Shown here in pieces: positions 1-18,621 of a stretch of 32,000 nt of DNA (position 1 is its first letter; every line of letters begins with the position of its first letter). Made by a program: the position numbers and the translations under genes. The notes under the pieces were generated by a model. That model ran no database searches and was not told where the DNA came from. It saw nothing but the letters and a program-made list of their open reading frames with translations. Source of the DNA: an uncultured archaeon (lineage in GTDB: Archaea; Asgardarchaeota; Thorarchaeia; Thorarchaeales; Thorarchaeaceae); NCBI GenBank assembly GCA_964648855.1, contig CAZYLT010000002.1:1-32000 (forward strand), written 5' to 3'.

Positions 1-185
1 CCCGCCGTGGTAAAGACTGTGGAAAGCCTCCCTGTGGCTGAGAGTGATGCCTCAGCAACCACACAGGAGGAGGAAGCCAGGACCGTGGGAGGGATACCAT
101 CCCGATGAGCACGGACAAAGCCCCTGCTGACTCAGCGACCTCCGGGTATGCTGGGAGCGGTGACGCTGGCAGGGGACGGGTGGAA
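1..185 (+). ncRNA. 3' part of an unidentified GC-rich structured RNA (truncated at window start), containing a K-turn
   Basis: Stems: CCTGTG 31-36/CACAGG 62-67, GCTGAG 37-42/CTCAGC 51-56, CCGTG 83-87/CACGG 110-114, GGGAT 91-95/ATCCC 99-103, CCCCTGC 121-127/GCAGGGG 169-175, CAGCG 133-137/CGCTG 164-168. Purine-rich linkers and G-U pairs point to the + strand. Family not identified. Confidence 0.55.
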
Positions 186-243
186 CACAGAAGTTTCAGA
201 CACGTTGAGTTCACTCAATCTGTCAGAAATAGTTTATCCGGAA

Positions 244-555
244 CTAGGGGGTCCATCTGCCCTCGATATGCGGCTTTAAGCCCACGGATTCGCGTTTTTC
301 TGCAGTATCTTCAATAGATCGACCGACTACCTCTATAGCTGATTTTGGTTCCATAAAGTCGACTACATCTAAAAATCGATTCTTGTAGTTCTCACACTCA
401 TCAATTTCCTCACTAAAGGCTAGGTCTAAGAACTTGTGAAACTCATCTGGATGGTTATTGATATACTCCGCAGTTTCTCGCCAAGTGGTTTCATCAGGTC
501 TTTGTAGCACATTCTCAAGCACTATATCCACAAGCTCTATTTCATTACTAAACAT
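244..555 (-). CDS. hypothetical protein (103 aa, acidic, helical)
   Basis: Protein-like composition; lies 28 nt downstream of the SIS gene on the same strand. Confidence 0.6.
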   Translation of the reverse strand: MFSNEIELVDIVLENVLQRPDETTWRETAEYINNHPDEFHKFLDLAFSEEIDECENYKNRFLDVVDFMEPKSAIEVVGRSIEDTAEKRESVGLKPHIEGRWTP

Positions 556-583
556 GTCAATCTTATTGAAGTCGCATGAACTC

Positions 584-1621
584 CTAGTAAATCTTGAATG
601 CTTTTGCGTTTGGCATTTTGAACCATTCCATATCTGGTTTGTGTTTCGATACTACATAATATGCCGCCATCTGAAGTGCAATCGTGTTAGCTATTGCCTG
701 ACCCAAAGGAGACCGCAGATTACATTCCTCTGATGTAAAGAGGTGATAGGACGGGACATCGAGAGTATCACGAAGCACACCAATATACCTCTCATCATTC
801 TCCGTGCATGGACTATCAGATATCAAGACAGCTCTATTTCCCTCTTCAAGAGAGAGATTGTAGTGGTGCTGGAATTCTTCTCTGAGAGAAACCACAGTTC
901 TTTGAAGTGAGAACTCGTTGAACTTCATCATTCCAATGTGAGCTGCCACGTGATTTGGCCCCTCTGATATTAGATAGAGGGCCTGATTTATGTCTATGAA
1001 ATCTGACAATCCTTTCCCCTCAGTTTCTGCCCATTTGACAATCTTTGACATATTTCTCTCCATGATTTCAAAATCATTGTATATTCCTTTACTCGGAAGG
1101 GAAACGATTAGGCCTGCAGTTTTGAGTAGAAATGCCATAGCAGCTGTTGTTGGTGCAGCTGGGGCTATATCGAAGGTTTCTACTCCTGATTCTGTGACCC
1201 ATTGGAAATCAGCCGATTCAAGAAACTCGCTATGTACATTATCTGTAAGGATAAGAGTGTCTGCTCCTGCGCCCTTAGCATGTCCTAATGCCTTTACAGT
1301 GGACAGACTGCGACCTGACGCCGATATTCCGACAACCAGACAGTCCTGGTCCAAAGTGTACCTTTCAATTTCTGGGGGCGATACTGCCAGTGCAACCTTT
1401 CTTGCATGTGTGAGGGCCCACTGACCATATTCCGCAGCTGCATAGGAATCACCGGCTCCTGTAAGCAAAATCATTCGCCTATCTAGAAGGGGAACAATAC
1501 TTTCATGTGAAACCAATCTCAATGTATCTGGTATTCCGGTCTTCTGCAGATGAATACCCTCATAATATTTCTGAAGAAACTCTGACATTTTATCAATCGT
1601 CCAATCAAAGCATATTGACAT
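584..1621 (-). CDS. SIS-domain (GlmS/AgaS-like) sugar isomerase family protein
   Basis: Motifs LTGAGDSYAAA, VVGISASGRS and a second SIS-like half (GPNHVAAHIGMMKFNE...EEFQH). Confidence 0.8.
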   Translation of the reverse strand: MSICFDWTIDKMSEFLQKYYEGIHLQKTGIPDTLRLVSHESIVPLLDRRMILLTGAGDSYAAAEYGQWALTHARKVALAVSPPEIERYTLDQDCLVVGISASGRSLSTVKALGHAKGAGADTLILTDNVHSEFLESADFQWVTESGVETFDIAPAAPTTAAMAFLLKTAGLIVSLPSKGIYNDFEIMERNMSKIVKWAETEGKGLSDFIDINQALYLISEGPNHVAAHIGMMKFNEFSLQRTVVSLREEFQHHYNLSLEEGNRAVLISDSPCTENDERYIGVLRDTLDVPSYHLFTSEECNLRSPLGQAIANTIALQMAAYYVVSKHKPDMEWFKMPNAKAFKIY

Positions 1622-2069
1622 TGGGAGGTTTGTATCCCAGTTGTCTAAGCAAACCCACTAACAGACCGCGGTGATGAATCTCGTGAGTTGCCATATGAAT
1701 CAATGCTTTGGCTACTGTAAAACTAACTGTCTCTTCTCCCCATGTCATACTCTCAACATGACTCAAACTCGTATCAGTGAGATCTTTGACTAACTCACGA
1801 GTATCTTTCCCAGCTCTCTTCCATTCGTCGGATATAGTATCAAGACCAGGACACTCCTCGATTGTAAGAAAATCCCGTTCTTCCCCTTTCAAAATCCCAA
1901 CCCAGTATCTCTCCGTATTGACAAGATGCAGAAGAATACTCCTGATTGAGCCTCTCCCAACACCCCAATCCCTTGTAAATTCCTCATTCGAGAGTTTTCC
2001 ACATTCATCTAGAAGAGGCTCCCGACACATGAAGTTATGTTCCAAGAGGGTCTCGACACAATATCTCAT
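1605..2069 (-). CDS. DinB family protein
   Basis: Metal-binding His pattern SIRSILLHLVNTERYW ... HMATHEIHHRG...LLRQLGYKPP. Confidence 0.85.
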   Translation of the reverse strand: MRYCVETLLEHNFMCREPLLDECGKLSNEEFTRDWGVGRGSIRSILLHLVNTERYWVGILKGEERDFLTIEECPGLDTISDEWKRAGKDTRELVKDLTDTSLSHVESMTWGEETVSFTVAKALIHMATHEIHHRGLLVGLLRQLGYKPPNVNML

Positions 2070-2176
2070 AACAACAATAGTATCGAAGCCTTCCCTTAAG
2101 TCAACATTGATGCGGTGCTCGTCAAAATACCATGGTTTGATTTATCAGCTAAGTGGAAACATCAATTAGAATAGAA

Positions 2177-2283
2177 TGGCGCCCCCGCCGGGATTTGAAC
2201 CCGGATCCCAAGAGCTCTGCATCGAGACGCAACGCGTATCACCTTGACAGTCTTGGATGCTGGCCGGGCTACACTACAGGGGC
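2177..2283 (-). tRNA. tRNA-Asp(GTC) with encoded CCA and a 30-nt intron at 37/38 (intron 2215-2244)
   Basis: Reverse complement GCCCCTG...CGGGGGC-G-CCA. Anticodon stem CAAGA/TCTTG, T-arm CCGGG TTCAAAT CCCGG. BHB central helix CTGT/GCAG with bulges CA|A and AG|C. Confidence 0.95.
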
Positions 2284-2307
2284 CCAAGGCGAGGACACAG
2301 TCAAACG

Positions 2308-2316
2308 AATTTAAAG
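2308..2316 (-). promoter_or_regulatory. probable TATA box of tRNA-Asp
   Basis: CTTTAAATT on the minus strand about 25-30 nt upstream of the tRNA 5' end. Confidence 0.45.
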
Positions 2317-2645
2317 ATGTCGAAGGGTAAGCTGCTCTCCCACTCTAGTACCATCGATAGCATGACTTTTCTTGACGATCAGCAATCCACGCCTCTGTAT
2401 CACTATCTACAAAATGCTTTTTACTAACAAAGGTACATACTATATTGCTCGAAGCCACGTAGCAGCCCTAGTTGATGTGCCATCTCCTTGTTCTAAAGAA
2501 AACCTTTTATGTCCACAGAATTGCTGGCAGGTGCTCAGGCAGCGCAGCTTCCCATTCATGCATGACCATATGTAATGCTCTGTACAAGCCATTATACTGT
2601 ATGACAATTCGTACGGAGCGTCTTATGCGTCAAAATCTATGTACG

Positions 2646-2752
2646 GGGCTCGTGGCGCAGATAGGTAGCGCAGCAGGCTTTTAACCTGATGGCCGCGGGT
2701 TCAAAAAACTCCTTGGTTCTCAAGGGGTGTGAAACTCCCGCCGAGCCCGCCA
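2646..2752 (+). tRNA. tRNA-Lys(TTT) with encoded CCA and a 30-nt non-canonical intron at 59/60 (intron 2706-2735)
   Basis: Acceptor GGGCTCG/CGAGCCC-G-CCA; anticodon arm CAGG CTTTTAA CCTG. T-loop TTCAAA|T is interrupted. BHB helix TTCA/TGAA, bulges AA|A and AC|T, intron stem ACTCCTTG/CAAGGGGT. Confidence 0.93.
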
Positions 2753-2801
2753 CGAGCCTTTACAGAGTTTGGATGGGATGAGGTCAGACTGAGTAAACAC
2801 A

Positions 2802-2885
2802 ACGGGGCGGCTATTACGGCAAACGAGCAACTCGGATTCTCTGGGTTATGCTATGGGAAGTGCTTTGCAGTGGTAGTTCCCCCGT
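2802..2885 (+). promoter_or_regulatory. long imperfect hairpin in the rpoB leader (candidate cis-regulatory RNA or ncRNA)
   Basis: ACGGGGCGGCTATTACGGCAAA pairs with TTTGCAGTGGTAGTTCCCCCGT (about 22 positions, 2 mismatches, several G-U). Inner stem AGCA-ACTCGGA/TCTGGGT-TA-TGCT. Confidence 0.5.
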
Positions 2886-2909
2886 CCTAATCACCAGGTG
2901 TAGCTCCAC

Positions 2910-5900
2910 ATGTCAGATATAGAAGAGAGGCAAAAATTCTGGCCGGTTATCGAGGCATACTTCGATGAGAAGGGCCTTGTAGGTCAGCATTTAGACTCAT
3001 TCAATCGATTCGTCGAAGAAGAATTACAAGAAGTAGTAGATAGTATCGGCCAGCTTAATCCAAAGGTCGAGGGCTATCACGTTGATTTGGGAAAGATTGA
3101 GGTTCGTCCCCCCTCCATTCGAGAGGCAGATGGAAGCGAACATGACCTATATCCCAATGAGGCACGAATTCGAAACCTCACATATGCCAGTAAGCTGTTT
3201 CTTGAAATGACTCCAGTCCGTCAAGAAGGCACTGTCACAACTCGAATGGAGACCATGTCAATCTATGTCGGTAATTTGCCCATCATGCTTCGGAGCAAGT
3301 ATTGCCTTCTTCATGATCTATCTGATGAAGAACTGATTGAGCGTGGAGAAGACCCAAAAGACCCTGGTGGCTATTTCATTATTAATGGTTCAGAACGAGT
3401 ATTAGTCACTCAAGAAGACTTGGCGCCAAATAGAATCTTGATTGAGGAAGCAAGTAAGAGTTCCAGTTACACCCACGTCGGGAAAGTCTTCTCGACGTCA
3501 CGTGGCTTTCGTGCGCCTGTTACAATCGAAAGAAAGCGAACTGGAGAGATTCGTGCATCCTTCCCGTCAGTGCCTGGCAAGATACCATTGGCAATCCTGA
3601 TGAAGGCTCTTGGGTTGGAATCTGACAGAGAAATTGCTGAAGTCATCTCTGATGACGAAGAGGTTAGAAACGAACTGATTGTCACTATTGAACAGGCTGC
3701 CCCAATCAATGTTACTCAGGGTCAGGAAGGAAGAAAGAAACGGAAGAAGGGCGACGAAGACGAAGACGAAACTGATGAAGAGGGCGAACAGGAACCTACT
3801 AGCACCAAAGAGAATGCACTTGATTTCATTGGAAAGCGAGTAGCAGTGGGTCAAACACGAGAATACAGACTTGCCCGGGCAGAGAAAGTTCTTGACAGAT
3901 ACCTCTTGCCTCATGTTGGCACTGAAGAAGAACATCGGCTGAAAAAGGCCTATTATCTTGGACAGATGGTCGAGAGACTTCTGGAACTAGTATTGAGTAA
4001 GCGAACCGCTGATGACAAAGACCACTACGCTAACAAACGTTTGAAGCTCTCCGGTGACCTTCTTATGTCGCTCTTCAGAGTGGCACTTTACTCTCTGACG
4101 AGGGATATTAAGTATCAACTTGAACGAACTGCAGTCCGTGGCAGGAAGCCCAATATTCGCACAGCGGTAAGGGCCGATGTCATTACACAACGACTGAAAC
4201 ACGCTCTTGCAACTGGAAATTGGGTGGGTGGCAAGGCTGGAGTATCACAGCTACTGGACCGTACAAATTACATTTCATCATTATCCCACCTTAGACGTGT
4301 TGTTTCTCCATTATCCCGTTCACAACCACACTTTGAAGCAAGAGACCTTCATTCCACTCACTGGGGCAAAATATGTCCCAACGAAACGCCTGAGGGCCCC
4401 AACTGTGGTCTTGTAAAAAACATCGCCATGATGGCCTACATTTCGGTTGGCACTAACGAAGATGCCGTTGAAAGGGCTATTCTGAAGGCAGAAGTAGAGC
4501 CAATTGAGAAGTTAGAAGGCAAACGAGGGAAGAAATGGGCTGATGTATTTCTAAATGGACGACTTCTCGGAGTACATCCTGCACCACAAGTACTGGCAAA
4601 AACCATTCGCCAAAAGCGTCGTGCAGGCGAATTGGACCCAGAAACTAATGTCGCCTATTATCCAGGAACGAATGAAGTTCAGGTAAATTGCGATGCAGGT
4701 CGAGTTAGACGTCCTCTAATCATAGTGGAAAATGGGAAGAGCCGCCTTACAGATGAGCATCTTAGAATGGTCAATGATGGTGAGTGGGGTTTTGCTGACC
4801 TAATGCGGAATGGGATTACTGAGTTCCTTGATGCAGAAGAAGAAGAAAATGCCTTAATTGCCATGGGCCCTGAGGAAATTGGCCCAAGGACCACCCATAT
4901 GGAGATTGTCCCCGCTACTGTACTTGGAATTAGTGCAGCTCTTATTCCGTTCCCAGAGAGAAATCAGTCACCAAGGAACGTTTACATGGCTGGAATGGCT
5001 AAACAGTCCGTTGGTGTTCCTGCCTCCAACTTCAAGTATCGAGCAGACACGCGATCTCATTTCTTCCACTATCCACAAATACCCCTTGTCAAGACAAGAG
5101 CAATGGATTCTATCGGTTACGAGAAGCGACCTGCCGGGCAGAACTTTGTTGTAGCTATCCTCTCTTTTGAGGGCTATAACATAGAAGACGCACTGATTAT
5201 GAACAAAGCCTCCATAGAGCGAGGTCTTGCTCGAAGTACATTCGCCCGAGTCTACGAGAGCGAGGAACGAAAATACCCTGGTGGTCAGGAAGATCGATTT
5301 GAGATTCCTGATCGCAGTGTACGAGGGTACCGTGCATCCGAGTCCTACCGAAATCTCGGCGAAGATGGTATCATAGAAAGCGAGGTAGAGGTTCAAGGTG
5401 GAGATGTTCTCATTGGCAGAACTTCACCCCCACGATTCCTCGAGGAATATTCTGAATTCGAAATCGCATCACCAAACCGTCGGGAAACTTCTGTGGCGGT
5501 TCGACATGGAGAGTCCGGTGTTGTTGACAGTGTTATTCTCACAGAAACTATTGACGGTAACCGTCTTGTCAAAGTGAAGGTACGCGATCTAAGAATCCCT
5601 GAGCTTGGTGATAAATACGCATCTCGCCATGGTCAGAAGGGAGTCATTGGATACATCGTACCACAACAGGACTGTCCCTTTACTGAAGATGGTGTCGTAC
5701 CTGACCTAATCATTAATCCACACGCGATTCCGAGCCGGATGACCATTGGCCAGATATTGGAGATGATTGCAGGCAAGGCATCAGGTGTATCTGGGATGCA
5801 GCAAGACGCAACACCCTTCTCCGGTGTGACGGAAGATGAGTTATTCAATCTTCTCAAGAAACACGGTTTCAAGTATAACGGTCGTGAAACCATGTATTCT

Positions 5901-6344
5901 GGAATAACTGGAGAGAAGCTCAAGACTGACGTCTTTGTTGGCGTTATTTACTACCAGAAGCTTCACCACATGGTGGCAGACAAGATACACGCCCGTGCTC
6001 GTGGACCCGTGCAAATTCTCACTCGCCAACCTACTGAAGGCCGAGCTCGCGAAGGAGGTCTTCGTTTTGGAGAGATGGAACGTGACGTGCTCATCGGACA
6101 CGGAGCAGCAATTCTGCTGAAAGGACGGCTGTTAGACGAGTCTGACAAGAGCAGCATGCTGGTCTGTGAAGAGTGCGGATTGATTGGCGTATATGACAGA
6201 AACAAGGACCAATACTATTGTCCTATTTGTGGCACTGGCGCCAAGATTAGCAACATAACAGTGTCTTATGCATTCAAATTGCTTATTCAAGAGATGATGT
6301 CGCTTGGTCTGGCTGCCAGACTACGACTCAAGGAGATGATCTAA
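2910..6344 (+). CDS. rpoB: DNA-directed RNA polymerase subunit B (Rpo2, undivided)
   Basis: GGYFIINGSERV, CPNETPEGPNCGL, GDKYASRHGQKG, GGLRFGEMERD, C-terminal CxxC...CxxC zinc site; SD AGGTG upstream. Confidence 0.99.
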   Translation: MSDIEERQKFWPVIEAYFDEKGLVGQHLDSFNRFVEEELQEVVDSIGQLNPKVEGYHVDLGKIEVRPPSIREADGSEHDLYPNEARIRNLTYASKLFLEMTPVRQEGTVTTRMETMSIYVGNLPIMLRSKYCLLHDLSDEELIERGEDPKDPGGYFIINGSERVLVTQEDLAPNRILIEEASKSSSYTHVGKVFSTSRGFRAPVTIERKRTGEIRASFPSVPGKIPLAILMKALGLESDREIAEVISDDEEVRNELIVTIEQAAPINVTQGQEGRKKRKKGDEDEDETDEEGEQEPTSTKENALDFIGKRVAVGQTREYRLARAEKVLDRYLLPHVGTEEEHRLKKAYYLGQMVERLLELVLSKRTADDKDHYANKRLKLSGDLLMSLFRVALYSLTRDIKYQLERTAVRGRKPNIRTAVRADVITQRLKHALATGNWVGGKAGVSQLLDRTNYISSLSHLRRVVSPLSRSQPHFEARDLHSTHWGKICPNETPEGPNCGLVKNIAMMAYISVGTNEDAVERAILKAEVEPIEKLEGKRGKKWADVFLNGRLLGVHPAPQVLAKTIRQKRRAGELDPETNVAYYPGTNEVQVNCDAGRVRRPLIIVENGKSRLTDEHLRMVNDGEWGFADLMRNGITEFLDAEEEENALIAMGPEEIGPRTTHMEIVPATVLGISAALIPFPERNQSPRNVYMAGMAKQSVGVPASNFKYRADTRSHFFHYPQIPLVKTRAMDSIGYEKRPAGQNFVVAILSFEGYNIEDALIMNKASIERGLARSTFARVYESEERKYPGGQEDRFEIPDRSVRGYRASESYRNLGEDGIIESEVEVQGGDVLIGRTSPPRFLEEYSEFEIASPNRRETSVAVRHGESGVVDSVILTETIDGNRLVKVKVRDLRIPELGDKYASRHGQKGVIGYIVPQQDCPFTEDGVVPDLIINPHAIPSRMTIGQILEMIAGKASGVSGMQQDATPFSGVTEDELFNLLKKHGFKYNGRETMYSGITGEKLKTDVFVGVIYYQKLHHMVADKIHARARGPVQILTRQPTEGRAREGGLRFGEMERDVLIGHGAAILLKGRLLDESDKSSMLVCEECGLIGVYDRNKDQYYCPICGTGAKISNITVSYAFKLLIQEMMSLGLAARLRLKEMI

Positions 6345-6345
6345 A

Positions 6346-15745
<9,400 letters not shown>

Positions 15746-15842
15746 GATACTACGACGGAAGGGTTAAAATGGCAATAAAAGAGGTCCCAAGTGGCTTTTG
15801 GCACACCACGAGCCCACTAATAATCGAAACGAGGTCACGAAT

Positions 15843-16136
15843 TTGAGCCTGAATCAATCTATTGAAAGTGCAGTGAGTACAGGAAAATGTAAGCTGGGTG
15901 CAGCATCATCTATCAAGGCTGTCACAGATGGTGAGGCAAAACTAGTTGTGGTCGCAGCCAACTGTCCGGAAGAACAACTAGCAGACATCGAACGGTATTC
16001 AGAACTTGCCAATATTCCTATCCAAGTCTTTCCAGGGACGTCCTGGGACTTGGGAGAGACAGTGAATAAACCGTTCATGGTTTCAGCCATTGCTGTAATC
16101 GAACCCGGTGACTCAAACATTCTAGAGTCACTCTGA
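15843..16136 (+). CDS. rpl30e: 50S ribosomal protein L30e (start probably TTG 15843 rather than 15798)
   Basis: AVSTGKCKLGA...AKLVVVAANCP...GTSWDLGETVNKPFMVSAIAVIEPGDSNIL; SD GAGGT at 15831; conserved position after rpoA2. Confidence 0.95.
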   Translation: MSLNQSIESAVSTGKCKLGAASSIKAVTDGEAKLVVVAANCPEEQLADIERYSELANIPIQVFPGTSWDLGETVNKPFMVSAIAVIEPGDSNILESL

Positions 16137-16146
16137 GGCGACTATT

Positions 16147-16581
16147 GTGAGCAAAGTCAAGATCTCCATGGAAGATATGAAGCTCATTGCATCATTTGAG
16201 CGTATCACTGGAGCCTCAGCTATTGATGTTGTAAAGGATGAAGATAGCGAACGGATCATTTTTGTCGTGCCGAGCAAACAACTAGGAAGAGCCATCGGTA
16301 AGGGCGGTAGTAATGTGAAAGCTGCTGCCAAGCAATTTGGGCAACCGGTAGATATTGTAGAGATGGCTGATACCCCCAAGGAGTTCATCTCCAGTGCACT
16401 TGCCCCTGCGCGGGTCAAGGAAGTGAACATCTCCGAACACAAGAATGGCGACAAGATAGCCCATGTCAGTGTCGAAGAAGATGACAGAGGCATTGCTATT
16501 GGCAAAGATGGCAAGAATGTTGCACGAGCACGTATCCTAGTTAGACGCCATTTTGACGTAGATAACGTCGTTATCGAGTAA
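16147..16581 (+). CDS. nusA: archaeal NusA (two KH domains)
   Basis: GRAIGKGGSNV and GIAIGKDGKNV KH motifs; position between rpl30e and rps12. Confidence 0.95.
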   Translation: MSKVKISMEDMKLIASFERITGASAIDVVKDEDSERIIFVVPSKQLGRAIGKGGSNVKAAAKQFGQPVDIVEMADTPKEFISSALAPARVKEVNISEHKNGDKIAHVSVEEDDRGIAIGKDGKNVARARILVRRHFDVDNVVIE

Positions 16582-16704
16582 CTAGAACCGCTCCGTTTCA
16601 TAACGCTTTTAAGCATACAAGAGCCGCGGAGCCTGAATACGTGCAGAGCTAACACCACATGGTGAGCTCCGCATTATTTCACCCAAATCACGAGGAAGAT
16701 TAAG

Positions 16705-17148
16705 TTGACCGGTTCGAAAAGCCCACTTGGCGAATTTGCAGGACGCGACCTTAAGCGCAAGCGCCAGAAGTTCCGCTGGAAGAAAGCCAGCTACAAACGT
16801 CAAGTCCTCAAACTCCGAAAAAAGACCGACCCCATCGAGGGAGCTCCACAGGCGAGAGGCATAATTTTAGAGGTTGTGGGAATAGAGTCTAAACAGCCTA
16901 ATTCAGCCATTCGCAAGTGTGTAAGGATTCAGTTGTCCAAAAACGGCAAGCAGGTGACTGCTTTTATCCCAGGAGATGGCGGCCTCAAATACATTGACGA
17001 ACACGATGAGGTCATCATCGAGGGAATCGGTGGAGCCACAGGCGGGGCTATGGGTGACTTGCCCGGTGTTCGATTCAAAGTGGTGAAGGTGAACGGCGTC
17101 GGCCTTGAGTCTCTGATTTACGGTAAGGCCGAGAAGCCAATCAGATAA
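16705..17148 (+). CDS. rps12: 30S ribosomal protein S12 (uS12), full length
   Basis: [40 protein letters not shown]; TTG start. Confidence 0.98.
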   Translation: MTGSKSPLGEFAGRDLKRKRQKFRWKKASYKRQVLKLRKKTDPIEGAPQARGIILEVVGIESKQPNSAIRKCVRIQLSKNGKQVTAFIPGDGGLKYIDEHDEVIIEGIGGATGGAMGDLPGVRFKVVKVNGVGLESLIYGKAEKPIR

Positions 17149-17187
17149 AAGCCTCAATCTCTACACAACAGACTGGTCCTAGCAGTT

Positions 17188-17274
17188 TGTATGAGCTTAA
17201 ATTCTGCTGTCCGACTATCAGTGTATGAAACAGTTTCTTGACTGCTTGATAATAGGAGAGTCTCTCTCGCTTCA
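17188..17274 (+). repeat. 87-bp conserved element, copy 1
   Basis: Matches 30520-30606 with 3 mismatches; starts 40 nt after the rps12 stop. Confidence 0.9.
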
Positions 17275-17320
17275 CAAAAAAGGCAAAGGTATTATCCGCT
17301 TGTTTGTAAGATAACCTGGG

Positions 17321-17626
17321 ATGAGCAACATGAACGTCGAAGAATCGATTGACGGTAAGGAGTATACAACCTGGGAAGAGATCCGTGAGGCGGTCAAGCG
17401 CGTTGAACAAATGAATGCGAATGGCGAAAACGTGGTAGTTGAGCTGAGGGAGAGTAGTAGCAAGAGGACAGTCAACATTGGTCTATTCAATGAGGAGGAG
17501 CTGGAAGACTACCTGTCGTGTGTACCAAGACGTTCGATGATGTACCAGCATCCAGATTCAGAAGAACCCCTGCCAACCACTGTACGGGCAATCATCATCG
17601 ATGCAACCGATTATGACGAACTATGA
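17321..17626 (+). CDS. small acidic hypothetical protein (101 aa), island-associated family, copy 1
   Basis: Clear paralog of 23802-24107 (MSNMNVEE.IDGKEYTTWEE...SSKR...NEE.LE.YL...RRSMM...TTV.A.I). Confidence 0.85.
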   Translation: MSNMNVEESIDGKEYTTWEEIREAVKRVEQMNANGENVVVELRESSSKRTVNIGLFNEEELEDYLSCVPRRSMMYQHPDSEEPLPTTVRAIIIDATDYDEL

Positions 17627-18621
17627 CTTCTACGATATGAAACAACGCGACCTTGATTCCAGAAACCGAAGAGAAGATGTTAGGCAGCTAAGAATGGGGT
17701 AGCTGGTTTCACTTTGTGTGCTAGAGCAGAGGGTTAGCTATGGAGGATAGTACATGTACAAACTTGATTCTAAAGAACTCCTCTCAGAAGATGGCCTTTC
17801 TGTGTCACATCAGCATAGGCCTGATGATGATGAGTTATTCCAAATAACCAGCTGGCTTATTAGAAGTTTCACAGGTAGAAACTGCAACGTGTTAGGAACA
17901 CGCTTGGCTAATGGTAGGGTGTAATGTTCAAAGATGCCCCTTGTTGATCCACTCGTGCCTAGGTCAACCCGCTGTCCGCCCACTCTATGCTATTAGAAAT
18001 ATGCATTAGCAGGCTTTTGTGACCCTCATTTTAGGGAGATTTATATCGCAATATATTGAACAGGCACACACCCCGCTAACACTTGAGAAAATTATGATAT
18101 AGCTGTTCATCTGCTGTGCTAGCAGAGTGATACTAAGTCAATGTGGAAAGGAATACAATTCCTGTAGGTGCGGTCATTAAGATGGCTGAACCGGCACATG
18201 GGAGCCCAGCACTTTTGATATTAGGGTTGAAGTCTATTAAGAACGTAAGACAGCTGGCACATGAGAACCATCCACAAACAGAGAGTTCATGGGTGCTCTT
18301 CAGCCTTTTCGCTTTCATTATCTTATAAATGGGTTCTAGTAGAAGACTATGAATTGACCAACTTGGGGATACACCTAGATTATCCATTGTGGATGGACTT
18401 CAGGATGAAAATTACGATAACGAAGGCAGGATTCTGACCATACAGTCATGCATTATTGAACGAACTCTGATTCGATCTGTGGTTTCTTTCAGTACCCTGG
18501 GGCATGTAGTATACCCATCAACTCCAGAAACCCTCACATTGTACAGAAATCAGTTTTGGCTTCCTTTGTGGTGCTTAAATATCTTCTAAGTGACTAAACA
18601 TTAGGAAAAGTAGGTGGTCGT

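Noticed and set aside
1-90. Cobalamin-riboswitch-like words (CCCGCC..GTAA, AGCCAGGA)
   Set aside because: No credible downstream + strand gene, and the B12 box is incomplete.
17627-18600. Short ORFs 18133-18387, 18143-18328 and 18389-18589
   Set aside because: No recognisable motifs; probably decayed or non-coding island DNA.
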